Shown here: positions 26,155-38,752 of the stretch, one piece after another
Layout: every line of letters begins with the position of its first letter
Numbering within the stretch: the stretch's first letter is position 1
NCBI GenBank assembly: GCA_001662655.1
Contig: KV460274.1
Length of the DNA: 64,000 bases
From: Pseudogymnoascus verrucosus
Taxonomy: Eukaryota
Direction: 5' to 3' (one strand)
Program-made: the position numbers and the translations under genes
The notes under the pieces: model-generated
Seen by the model: only the letters and a program-made list of their open reading frames with translations
What the model was told of the DNA's origin: nothing
Databases searched by the model: none

Positions 26155-26838
26155 ATGGCGCGTCAACGCCGTCAAAAGGACGTATCGTCGTCAGACATCC
26201 CACTCGCCCATCCGGACAAATCCGGCCCTGGCCCCAGTAGGCAGACTCTTCTCGATCTAGCCGCTCAGCGAGGACTGCTCGACATTGAGACTGAGAATCG
26301 GAAGCCCGGAAAGCTCCCAGCTGGGTCGGTTCCTCTACGGGATGAACAGCCTATAATAGGGCGCTTTGGGGAAGCTGTGTTATGGAGCTCGAGCCTCGCG
26401 ATGCTCCATTTTACCCTTGATGTGCTCACTCAGCATCAATACGCTGAAGTGCTGTCCTGGCCGCGTGTCATCACGCAATCGCTGCAGGCCTTTGGCGGTA
26501 CGTTTTTACCATCGTGCCCAAATTGTTGTTGGTACTAATATACAGCAGTCATACTTGTATTCTTTTACGCGTTACACCCGCACTCGGTTCCGGCGGCCTA
26601 CTTTCCCCGCATCCCGTCACTCCTTCACCAAATTCTCTTCTTCGCAAGCAGTGTTGGGAGTGGCTGCTATCTGATCCACATCACCAACGAATACAGCTAC
26701 TACGCCGTCTTAAAGCAGGCTCCGCCGTTAGGCGTGATATGGATTTGGTCAGTCATCGAGCTCGATCTGCTATGGGCAGTGGGAAGTTTACTGGGTTGCC
26801 TAGCCTACTTGTGGCTGGGAGGATACTCTTTTATGTAA
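26155..26838 (+). CDS. conserved fungal membrane protein of unknown function
   Basis: Two exons (intron about 26498-26547) with hydrophobic segments LHFTLDVL..HQY and YYAVLKQAPPLGVIWIWSVIEL. Confidence 0.75.
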
Positions 26839-27231
26839 TATTATATAGAGCAACGCAATATAGAGAGAATCTCTGTTCAGTCCTTCTTGCAAAAAGGAGA
26901 GGCCGGGAAAAGGAAAGGCCGGGGTAATAGTTGTCCGTGCGATCACCTGAGTGTCACGGGTAGGTCCGCCGGGCTGAGGCGGCGAGGCGTCACCGGCTCG
27001 GGTCACTGGCTCCGGTCCGCGGTCGGGGCCAATCAGGGTAAGAAGGTTAATGCTCACAGTGATACGAGATGTGAGACACGTATATATACACTATAATCGA
27101 AGCTATGGTTCTTGGCTTGAAGGCTTTCACGGAGTACGATCTCAGAATGCACGCCAGCCGCAACACAGCCCTGCTCATGTGAGGAATTGATCAGTTGGCA
27201 TAACGTTGTAGATTTATAACAAACTATCAAG

Positions 27232-27706
27232 ATGGCGGGTAAAGGCAAGGTCAGCCTCTGAAATTCACCATCACCCACTATCGCAAGCCCCAACATACAC
27301 ATAAAGATTTTATTAAGTGGATCGTTGAGGGCCACCTTCCTCTTGCTATTCCCGTCTTCAAGAAGCACGGAATCCTTGGCTATACACTTGTGAGCGTTCT
27401 CTACGTTAGATCACTATAGTGCTGATATCAGGCGTCCAGTCCGTCACGCCGCCAACGCTGAATAGCGCCATGAAGGAGGACCTTGGAAGGTATCGACCCG
27501 CCTGGGATTTTGCTGACTTTGACTGCTTTATCGAGTATGTGGTGTCTGATACGCAGTCGATCAAAAACGTAATGGCAGATCCAGAGTGGCTGGGAGCGGT
27601 CAAGGACGAAGAGCACTGGGTGAACACGTCGAAGGCGTTAGCTACTGTGGGATACGCGACTCAGTACTTATTGCCGAGCGGGGAGACTGTTAACTTACCG
27701 AAATGA
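27232..27706 (+). pseudogene. EthD-like (dimeric alpha/beta barrel) gene with N-terminal frameshift
   Basis: The ATG at 27232 meets TGA at 27259. A shifted frame reads LKFTITHYRKPQHTHKDFIKWIVEGHLPLAIPVFKKHGILGYTL, then intron 27390-27439, then SVTPP..DFADFDCFIEY..ADPEW. Confidence 0.6.
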
Positions 27707-29411
27707 CGGGGAAGGATACCCTTCTTTACAAGGAAGAGCTTCTGTTAATGTCTTATTGATTTTATGTATTTTCAAATAGGGTTTGAGCAGGGTACCAATA
27801 TCCCTTTTTATCCCAAGGTCCCTATGCCGAAATCCGAACGAATCGTGAAACTCATTCAAACTGCTCTCCATGGGTTCGTTTCTGATAACATTCGGTCTAA
27901 TACGGCAAGATCGACTCCTCGATCGATCGGTTTTCTACCGGGCACCACCCGCACGGTACAAATTTGCAGAGTGGGGGTTCGCTGCCAGTCACTACCCTAA
28001 CAACAAATATCAGTGTGTTTTGGTAACCTATATTGGTGTGGTGAAAGTCTCGACTCTATTTCTAGTCATGCCGGGGGGTTGGGTGAAACATAAGAGGTAA
28101 CGTAACGGTTGTTTCGTCGGTTCGGTCCGTGACGACAACGATCGAGCGGAGATGCTAATGAAGGGGATTGTGATTCATACCGCGCGGACCGCGATAGGGC
28201 TCCGGCTGCCCTTTCCCCGTTCTATTTTAATCTCGTGAACAGCATAAATAAGGCCCCAGATCGTACCATATGAAGTCGTTGTGATCCGCCTTGTCTAGAC
28301 CCGTCTGTCACTGGGTCTAGAATCCGGATGATGAAAGTGCGTGAGGCCCGCAGAACGCAGGTCTCACATGATGCTAGCGGGGTTACAGCCTCATCGCATA
28401 ATGACTGCTAGTAAACATAACGGTTTTATGCGAATGTCTTACCTGCAAGCCACTAGAAATTATAGCTATGAGTGCCTGCAAAATGATACACTGCGATTGG
28501 TCTACTAGGTTGTCACCGTTAGCTACAGCCGCTGCGCCGCCGCCATGGAGGTGGATACTGGCCCCAAACTAAACATGCACAGGGAGTCACCCAGCCCTAT
28601 ACAAATAACCCTTTTCAATAGGATATTTTTTCGATTTCGATCCATCGTCATAAAAACCGTCTGATGGTGCACATGAGCATAAGTACTATGTACATTATTC
28701 TGAATGGAGAGAATCACCTGGGGATCTTCGGAGGCTGTGCTTCGATCCCATGCATTACCACAGACAAGAGGGAGACACTTGTAAGGGACAATGACGATAA
28801 AGCGGACTTATATGTAAATACCGGGTTAAAGATCAGATAAGGGTTCCCACAAATGACGCCCCCCTGCTGTGTCAGGGGCCAAATATGAATATTTATCGCC
28901 CCATCTCTCATAGAATGGTCTAGAACTGTTAGGATTGTAGTTGCAGAGGTTCTTTTTGTTTTTAAGTCTAGAGACGCTATAATGGGCTAATATACTTGAC
29001 TTTGCGTCAGAGCGCGGAAAAGATGTCTTGGATATTTAGACTTATTACGAAGCAGTTAAACTAGACCGCCTCAATGAAATCTACTATAGATGTCAGCCGC
29101 CGACTTCAAGCGCGCTGCTGATGAGGCTGGAGAGGTCCCGTGTATGTAAAGAGTCTCTGACTAAATGTAGAAACTCCTATTGGACTGCTGCCGCCCGCTC
29201 GTTGACTTTAACGCAAAATTCCTTAGGATAGACGGAAGGAATTCCTATTAGCTCTGCCTAGTTGCAAAGTGGATTCTCATCGAAATCGTATATATGAGAT
29301 GCCTGTCGTAAAGTTTGCCCTTTTTGGATAAATACTGTCTCTGCCTTCGCTCAAATTCTAGAACATTTATCAGCGCTTGATGCCCCCTTGTTTTTAAAGG
29401 GTGTATTCATA

Positions 29412-31260
29412 ATGCCCACCGCCGATAGCAAAACGTCGAGCGATACTGCAAGCATGTTCAAGAGAAGCACGGCTAGCAGCGAATCCAACAATGAAAAACA
29501 TACAACTATTCTCAATCGACAAGATGGTGCTAAAAGGGCGGCACTCGTTGAGAAATCGATGACTCTGAAAGAATGCGTCGTGGGGTTCCGAAAAGCTGTC
29601 GCCATGTCTCTGACTCTCTCTCTTGCCTGCGCGATAGTAGGCTACGGCCTCGTTCTGCTTGCGAGCTTCGTCACCTTGCCAGTCTTTCGACGCGACTTCG
29701 CCTGCCCTGGGGCTTCCCTCACCGAGGTATGCCAGATTCCAGCATCGTGGCAATCCAGCGTAATCCTCGGCCCTATGGCTGGACAAATCATGGGGTTATT
29801 CTTATCCGGCTGGGTTGTGGAGAAGTTTGGCTACAAAAAGACGATATTAGCAGCTCTGTCTTTGCTATCGGGATTCACCTTTATTACGTTCTTTGCCACA
29901 TCGCTCCCTATATTCCTAGTCGGCTCGTTGCTTTGTGGTATCCCTTGGGGGATTTTTCAAACCATTACGACAAACTATGCTTCCGATATTTGTCCAACTG
30001 CGATCCGAGGATACGTTACTGCTTGGACCAACGTTTGCTGGATTATTGGTCAATTGGGCGCATCCATTGTCCTACAAGTTCTAGTGAAGAATTCGACGGA
30101 GCTCTCGTATAAGCTTCCACTTGGTCTGCAATGGGCATTCCCACTCCCGCTTTTCGTCGTTGCTATCATCGCACAAGAGTCGCCATGGTGGCTTGTACGC
30201 CACAACAAGATCGAAGAGGCAAGGGTAGCTCTGAGCAAACTTGTTAGCAAGAAACATATACCTGCGGGATACTCAGTTGACGACCACCTCGATTTAATAA
30301 TAGAGACGAACCAGAACAACATCAACAGCTCGGATAATGGTGTGGGATATATTGATTGCTTCCGGCCCGCGAATCTTCGGCGCACCGAGATTACCGTTGT
30401 TTTCTGGACGATTCAAAACGCATGTGGCACTGCCCTCATGCAATGGTCTGCCTACTTCTTTGTCGAAGCGGGCCTTACCCAGGAAAAGGCTTTCATGATG
30501 CAAATTATGCAGGCAAGTAATTTTTATCCATTACATCTAACACAATCCTGCCTTTTGATAGTACCAAGTTCTTTCTTTTACTCAACCTTAATTGTTTACG
30601 AATAAGAACTAATTGTCATTTTAGTACGTCGTTGGATTTGTTGGTTTTTGCGGAAGCTGGGCTTTTATTGGACTATACGGCCGCCGAACCATTGAGCTTA
30701 CAGGCCTTGCCTTGCTCTGCTTAGTCCTTTGCAGTGTGGGCACAGTAGCCTCTCTCTCAATCTCTATAGAGACGTCGGGTTGGGTTAAGAGTGGCCTGCT
30801 CCTCGTTTTCACCTTTGTATACGGATCCAGCGTCGGGCCTATAACTTATACGGCTGTCTCCGAGATATCCTCAACACGTTTAAGATCCAAGACAATGAAC
30901 ATTGGATGCATTGGATACTTATCCTTCGGTGTTTTCAACAGCATTATTACTCCCTTTATGCTTAACACCACTGCCTGGAACTGGGGAGCTAATGCGGCTT
31001 GGTTTTGGGCAGCCTCGTGCTTCCTTTGCTGCATATATGTTTACTTCCGAGTTCCAGAGCTGAAAGGCCGTACATTTGGAGAAATAGACTGGTTGTTTGC
31101 CAACGGCATTAGCGCCAGAAACTTTGCCAAGACAGTCGTGCCACTATACGAAATTGGCGAAGCCGGGATTGTCCAACAATCACAAGATGCAGACAGCGTG
31201 GATTCGGCGCCACACCTCCCATCTCCAGTCCGGGTCGCACCTTCAGGTGCCGAAGTTTAA
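29412..31260 (+). CDS. MFS alpha-glucoside/maltose permease-like transporter
   Basis: Motifs IPASWQ, EKFGYKKT, LCGIPWGIFQT..YASDICP..RGYVT.W.NVCW, ESPWWLVR, RRTEI, EISSTRLR and PELKGRTFGEID. Intron probably 30513-30624 (GC-AG). Confidence 0.9.
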
Positions 31261-31956
31261 TTTTTTGGTACTTTTTTATTCATGATAGTCAGTACCCTTC
31301 TACCCCTCGATGAGTGAGTGTTCCACTCCTTTTCGAATATCTCTAGCTTTGCACCAGAAGCCAAAGCGATAAGAGAGACTTAAACTGACCACACAATAGA
31401 ACCTTAACCTTTCTTCTGGCTCATCAGCCAAATCCGAAATATAGGGCCGCGAACTCTGAGCAGCCATAAACTAAATGAGCGGTGGAAAAGTTATAAGAAG
31501 ACGATTTTCAATAATGGCCGCACTGTACGTCTGTTGAGCTATAGTATATTTTGGTTTCATTATGACAGCAATTTTAGTTGCAAGTGTGTTTGGTTAAGCA
31601 TAGCGGTTTTTGTTTATCTTCTGAGTCTACGGTTGTATGTAGAAGTTAGCCTTATATTGTAGTATAATAAACTAGCAAGAACATGAATGCACACAAAACA
31701 ACTCTCTTGCACTGAAAACCGTGGGTAATAGCAATGTATTCACGAGCGATCAAAGCTGGGCTTGAATAAATCTATGAGACTTTGGACACAGGACGGGACT
31801 AAGGCTACGCAAAGATGCTGGCGATGTACGAACACACAAAGATATCTACAATTCCCCCTAAGCGCAACCTTTGCAACGACCTAGTGGCACGCGCTGAGCT
31901 ATCGATTCACTCAAGGGACTTTCCATTTATCTACCCCACTTACACCACCATCTAAT

Positions 31957-33285
31957 TTATATCTTCGCAGCTGGGACTGCCGGGACTGCTGCTGCGGCCT
32001 TTGCCGCGACAGCAGATTGGGCACCGACAGATAGCAAGTTATTGAAACCAGGGGTATTCTGTGGATACCGAGCGTTGAATCCGATGACAGAGCGCACCTT
32101 TTCGAATGTTGCGGTTTGTATTTTCAACTTTTGTGTCGAGACGAGCCACGTTACGCCTTCACTGCAGGGAGGGGTAGTCAAGGACCCAGAGTAACTACAT
32201 CACCACTGGTCAGCATAACTTCGGATGGCAGGGCATGCTTTATTGTCTCGGAGATTCTTTCGCATTAATATCAGGCTCAACCATCTGCTTACCTCTGGAA
32301 TGATCCTGCGAGAAGAGTATTGACGACTTCAGACATGACAAGCGGCTGAGTCTTGACTACCGATCCGGGGCTAGCTACTTCAGCCACCTGAGAAAAGACG
32401 GTTTCCAGAAGGGCGGACGAAGTGCCAGTCGTTGTAGCAAGTGATGATGTAAGAAGCTGAACAATGGCGCTGAGGTGGCTATCAGCTCGTGGTGCGGAAG
32501 CGGCCTCGCCACGGCGGGAGTGTGGATGACGGCCAAGGTCACGCTTCGCCGCCGGCGGCGTTATTACTTGAGCGGTAGCAGCATCGGCAGCGGCGGCGAC
32601 ACCGGTGTCGAGGTCCACGAAGACACCGACGACAGCGATATCCTCTTCTGGTGTCTGGAATACCATATGCATTTCCACTAGGTGATGTCAGCTTTGTTCC
32701 TCTCATTACTATAGTCCATCAGGTGCGGCCATACTGGCAATGCTAGTCCCATTGTCCAGATGCTCACTCGGCAAATGGAAGTGAAACTGCTTGAACTCGT
32801 ACGTCTTTCCACCAACTTCAAGTGATCCACCCTTGCTAACCACCTCGACGGTTGTACCCAAGTTTTCGAACTCAGTTCCCTCTGGCATATCGTTGATTTG
32901 AAGCTTCACATCGGCAGCGGTCAACGTCTTAAAAACGCCATCAACCATGTCTATAGGCGATTGGTTCTTTCCAGTTGCACACAAGACGTTCGCGGAGCCT
33001 CCATCGAGTGCAGCCCAGTTTAATGGCCCCTGGTAAATGAATGTTTAATTAGTAACGGTATTTTGTCTGGAAATATATCCAAACGATGGTAGAGTATAAT
33101 GGAGCAAGGTAAGTTAGTGGTGGATGGGGATATCGTACAATGACACCCGTGTACCCAAAGGTATTAACTTCAATAGGGGCTCCCTCCTCCGCACGGGGGG
33201 ATAGATGGGTTCCGTACGCGCACGACGCCGATGCATGCGTCACAGACGCAGCGATCATCAAGATCCGGGCAATAAATGTTGACAT
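31957..33285 (-). CDS. secreted alpha-class carbonic anhydrase
   Basis: Signal-peptide-like start; GPLNW, NQSPID, QFHFHLPSEH, EMHMV and YSGSLTTPPCSEGVTW; three introns. Confidence 0.93.
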
Positions 33286-33611
33286 TGCAAGACCTGCTTA
33301 CTTCGACAACGATAGATGATATGTAAAGAACGGAAGTATATGTCCAAAAAAATCAAAGTGCTTGAAAACGTGATATAAACGAAAAGTAAACAAGTAGCAG
33401 AGGCAACGATGATAGTATATACTGAATTATTGGAAAAGGAGAAGTCAAGAAGAAATATACTCATTGAGGCGGCCATCCCATCATATTTGTGTGCCATCGC
33501 TGCCGCGGCACTGGCCGGACGACTTTGCGTCTAGCTCATGGAATCTCATAGTCATACGATATTATTGCGTGGCTTTCGGTATCGTCGCCAGCAGATCTAA
33601 AAAAAAACGAG

Positions 33612-33893
33612 GCCAAGGAATTTGTGACGGTCTTAAAACTGGAAGCTATGCCAAGGTGTAGCATCAGGTATTGCGCCTCGTGATAAGCCTTCCCCAAAAG
33701 GCTTTGGCCCGACGGTCGGTCAATAGCCAAGTCAAACATACGGGGCACTCACTGATAAGACCCGTGATGGCCATTTCATTCGTCTGTTCTCTGACTAAAT
33801 ACACTTATCCACAGAAATCAATTATCGTGGGAGAGCGATCCCTAGCATCTTGGGCGTTTTAGGGGTAATTCGCCAAGCTATCCCTTTCTTGGC
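33612..33893. promoter_or_regulatory. cluster of PacC-type GCCAAG sites upstream of alpha-CA
   Basis: GCCAAG at 33612, 33650, 33726 and 33872; CTTGGC at 33888. Confidence 0.5.
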
Positions 33894-34530
33894 TCTCACA
33901 TAGCGCTTACCACTTCCCGTTCGTCGATAGGTGGCTGGAACAAATGTCCAAGAACATCAATCAAAATGACCCTTACGACATGATTGGCAGAAGCTTGTGT
34001 ATCACCTGGAAAACAAGATGCCCAATTGTTTTGAGCCAATTATGGTCGGCTTGGATGCGTGTTCCTAGTATCTGTAGATGGTGGTTTAAGGTTGGCGAAG
34101 TCGGTCGAAAAGCGGGCCGGGGCGAAGTCCAGTGCGATCTACAAGGGTCCCCGCTCATAATCTCCGGGGATAAATTGGAGCCTCGATCATCTGAGGAAAC
34201 TATTGTAATTCTCATGGGGCGTCCAGAGCCACATGAGCCAATCGAGAAACCGAACAAATCTCTAGAGTGCTACAGAGCCACCACCACCAGCTGCTATCAC
34301 ACAGTTGCGTTAGTGGTAGCCTCCTTGCCAAGGGTATTTCGTCTCACTGTGCTTCACGTGTGGAATTCTAGATTCATACCGTATCCAAAGTTTAATTTAA
34401 ATTACAGTATCCAGAGTCGTTCCAGCGTTATTCTTTTCCCTAATAACGACCCGCCAAAACAAGGCCCCTTCATGAATATACCGGCCCTGAGAATGTACCG
34501 CCCCTGCCAGATCAAATCCAGAGGCGGCAC

Positions 34531-37500
34531 TTAGCTAAGGAGCTCCTTAATATCCTCGAGGCGCTGTACTTTCTTTTCCTCGTCGCTCATCATGCCTAGA
34601 GAGCTCGCACTGCACGCAACAGGTCAGCCTTTCGATCTCTAATCTTTCATTCACCGAGGCCCGTCAGGCCAACGAATGAGAAAGTCGAAAACAGCAAAAA
34701 AAAAACATACAACAGTAGGTATTCGCTGGTGGTCACCCACCCAACTACTAATCTACCGATTTCAAGCTTGTGTATGGCAGAGCGGACGGGATGCCCAATT
34801 CTCTTGAATCTATGGTCGTATGTGAAAGTTGTGGACGTATCCATGCTTTTGAGGTGGGTGGGCATGCGCAGGATAGGGATAATAGGCTGGACTTCCCACA
34901 CCCTTACCCCCACCACATCACAAGCCCAACTCTAACGCACATAAACGCGCAATAAAATAAAGAGAGATAGTAAAACTCACATAAACTTCTTCCGCTCCTG
35001 TATCCGCAACATCCGTTCCTCCACGCTCTCTCGCACGATAAACCGCTTCACCTCCACCTCTCCCGTTTGCCCCATTCTATGAACGCGATCAATGGCCTGC
35101 GCCTCAACCGCATAACTCCACCAAGGATCCATCATATACACCCTTCGCGCCATGGTGAGGTTGAGCCCCACCCCTGCAGCCCGAAGACTAAGTAGTATGA
35201 CGGTGAATCCCTTTGCGTCGCGGAAACTTTTCAGCACGGCTGCCCGCGCTTTCATCGCCATCGTCCCATCCAGCCGCAAGAAGGCCACTCCAGCACGTGT
35301 CAGCGCTGGCTCAATCAGAGACAGGAACGACGTGAACTGGCTGAATATAACGCTCTTCGTGCCTGGGTGCTCGCGTCGCAGGGCCTTGAGTTGACTGATC
35401 AGCGCCGTAATCTTAGCACTTGAGTTTGAACCAAGACGCTGCAATGCAATCCGTGGCTTCGCGTCTGGAGCATCGGGGTCGACGTCATGCTTGACAACCT
35501 CGAAGATGTCGCGCGTATTGAGAGGTTCACGGCAGTTGAAGCAGCGTGGCGCATCGCCCTTGTCTACCTGGTGCGAGATATAGTCTAATAAACACTTCTT
35601 GCATGCCGAGTGCCAGCATCCAGTGACGGTTTGTTCGATCATTGGCTCTTCGCTGCAAATGGGGCATTCGTTATCCGCCTCGTCTCTGATTTGCTCGAGG
35701 ACGTGCGCACCAAAAGCGTTGGCATCTGCGCTGTCATCTGTCTCGGCTGTGAAGCGCTCGATGAGACTTTGTAAGTCCATATCGTCACCAAGTCCGCTCA
35801 CAGCGTCAGCAGCTTCGTCAGCTTCCAATTCATCCGCAACAATGTTTTGCTTCCGAACTAGGATTGGGTGGCAGCAAGTCTGGCGGAGCCGGAGGATCTG
35901 TGCGAAAATTGACGTATACGCTTTCATTACTGTGCCTGCCTCAACGTTGGCAGCAAATGCGCGCTTCGCACGAAAGAATATATGCTCGTAGACTTCGCGC
36001 TCGGCCTCAGATAACTCTACATCCACAATCTCTATCGTCTTCGGCGGCAGGGGAACGAGGGCCTCACCACTCGGCGTCTTCATATCCTTCGTTCTGCGCA
36101 GCACAAGCGGTTCAAGGACCGTCTGCACAACGTCAAGAGCACGCATAAAGTCTTTGCTCTCAAATGGCACACTGATGAATGTTTTCCAGAAGGAAAAGTT
36201 GCTCCATGGCTCAACTCTTAAGAACCTAACCAACGAAAAGAGGTCTTCGAGGCGGTTGACAATTGGCGTGCCAGTCAGGACCCATCGATGCTCTGCCTCG
36301 ATTTCGTAGCACGCTCTTGCCGTTTTTGATTGTCGGTTCTTGATGTGGTGCGCTTCATCTAGGATAACCCTGAAGAAGTTCAACGAAAATAGGCCACCAT
36401 GAGTGCCTCTGTCGCCATTCCTTGCTGCCACCTGGTTGAACTCCGATAGGACTACACCATAACTCGTGATGATAACATTTGGCGCAGAAGCAGCATTGGC
36501 TGCGCAGCATAGACTCTGCAAATTTACAGCTTTCTCATTGCCATAGTATACAACGCTCTTCAGTGTTCCTTCTTTGGACGCATTCTCAGCTTCGCTCTGC
36601 CATTGTGCCAAAAGTGACATAGGGGCAACGACGAGAGTGGTGCATGGGGCTCTCTCGACGGAAGAGAACGTTTGCAGCCTAGGCAAATGGTTGACAGAAG
36701 TTATCGTAGGCTCTCCGTCTTGTAATTTCATCGCGACATCAGATTTATGAGAGTGGATCAGACTCATCATCTCAATCGTCTTTCCCAAGCCCATCTCATC
36801 GGCTAAAATCCCTCCCAAGCAATGCTGCTCTTGTACAGGGAATTCGACCGACAGTTCGCCAGAGTAGGGATTGAGATAGAAATTATCTATGCCCTCTACT
36901 GATGGCAATTCTTGGTCGTCCATATCCTTCACCGGCCATACATATTCTTCCCACAAAGGATGCATAGATACCTCTTTTTTCTCTGCCTTTTCATCTTTTT
37001 CCTTTGCCATCATCCAGTGCAGCGCTTGCTTCTGGTAAGGCCTTAGGTCCATCGCAAATGTATCCGCCGGCTCCGCTTCAGGGGCACTGAAGTCAAAAGA
37101 TTGGGCCTTCCTGTACAAGGTATCCAGCTGGTCCTGTTCTAATTCCTTGCCTTCCTCGGTATCCGATGACGGCGAAGAGCCAGGTTCCCCTCCTGACTTT
37201 TCGTTTTTTGCTGCCTCCTTTTCATATTGCTCGGCTACCTCAGCAGCTTGAAGAAGGCCCTGACGCTTGTGCTTTGTAGTAGTCTCGCTCGTTCTTGAAG
37301 GGAGAAGATTCACCTCCACCAAGAGTTTAACCAGTGCAACTTGCCGTAAGCGCAGGTCTTTTTCCTCGGAAGTCTCCTTTTCCTCAAATAGACCGGTCGT
37401 TCTATTATCTGGTGGTTTGAATCCAGTGTTATCGAATGCAGATTTTAGTAGCATGCAACGCAACTGTAAGAAAATGGTATCATTTGTTCGCACCCTATCC

Positions 37501-38333
37501 GGGGCATAAACGCAGACCCCCTCGAAGCTGCATACTTGTTGGTCAATTAGAGTCGAGACCCAATTTGCCGTCTCTCTCGAAAGCCTTCCAACCTCCTCGC
37601 CCCTAGAATTGGTAAACCGCACAATAACATCTATTCTCCGGGAAGCAGCGCCCTTTGTCTTTGGTGTAACTTGCAATGGAGCGATTTTGTTCTTGCCTAC
37701 CTTAACTGGCGGAAGCTTTGGTGGCTGAATTTTCTGACGCTCGATCCGCACTCTCTCCCCATGCTTAATAAGGGCTGTGCCACTTCTGGTGGCCCACCCC
37801 TCTACGCCAAAAGCGCCTATATACCGGGACTCGGGTATCCGCCGAAGATTTGCAATCGGGTGCAGGGTTTGTTTTGAGCTTCGCCCAACATTGGGCACTT
37901 CTGGTTTCACAGGGTTTATCGTCAAGGGCTGTAACGCAGCGGCGCTCGGAGTTGAAGCCACTGCTACTGTTGGGCCTTTCCATGACCCATCAAAGTACAT
38001 ATTTATCGCCCTTTCCATATTATCTCCAGACGCTTGCTTCAGTAGTCGCCAGGTGTCGGAATCGATCTTGTCGCCGATGACGAGCTCGAATGTTTCCCGG
38101 TCAGAGACCAGTGCGCTCTCGGAGCTCGTATGATGTTGCACGTTCGTTTGCGCATCGCGGTCGTCTAGAATTGCTGCTCTGGGACTTCTGTGTCCTGCTT
38201 CAGAGGCAGTGGTATCAAGCTCGGTAGGTCCTGGGGTTGCTGGACTGGATTCATCGACCTCAAGCTCTTCAGGCTTATCCGTAAAGAACCTTCTCTTCTT
38301 CGCCGGTCGTCCGTCTGAATCAAAGGAGTCCAT
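34531..38333 (-). CDS. RAD5: DNA repair helicase/E3 ligase Rad5 (HIRAN, SNF2, RING)
   Basis: GGILADEMGLGKT, DEAH, RING CPIC..CWHSAC..C..CFNC and QAIDRVHR. Exon 1 is 38333-34981, intron 34980-34610, and last exon 34609-34531 gives ...KKF-I-ASSLGMMSDEEKKVQRLEDIKELLS*. Confidence 0.96.
34705..34823 (-). rRNA. 5S rRNA gene (dispersed type), inside RAD5 intron
   Basis: Minus strand reads ACATACGACCATAG...GCATCCCGTCCGCTCTGCCA...TTAGTAGTTGGGTGGGTGACCACCAGCGAATAC..TGTTGTATGT, about 119 nt with paired ends, followed by a T-run Pol III terminator. Confidence 0.95.
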
Positions 38334-38752
38334 TATCCAAACAACCGCGTAACGCCTCGTCTTAAGTGTTAGGTCATCGAAATTGTGGTTTGATCGTCGG
38401 GTTCGACACGCGAGTCGCGTAAATTGCTAATCGCATCTAACTTGGGCCGGGTTGGCTAGAATGTGGTTTTGGAGATCGCCATACCAGCTCTATAATTTTC
38501 ACTAATTCATGTTCTTGAGAAGCTCACAATCGGGTATATCAAGGGGATTTATTCGTATAAAAGTGTCGGCGACAACTAATCGTCGTTGTAGAATGACGAT
38601 TCTCTTTCAAGTGTGTCACGTGCCTGCGTGTGTAATTCGTGTAAAGCCGTAGACAGGGTGTGGGAAAGACGAGTTTGCTCTGTTTGCTATATTTAATGAA
38701 AGTATGTCAAAGGTCCATAGGCATCAAATCCCCAGCTCCTTAACCAATAACC

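Noticed and set aside
30512..30624. Second stwintron ([D1,2] or [A2,3]) in the permease intron
   Set aside because: The [D1,2] route gives a weak GTACCA donor and an out-of-frame product, and [A2,3] does not rebuild an AG.
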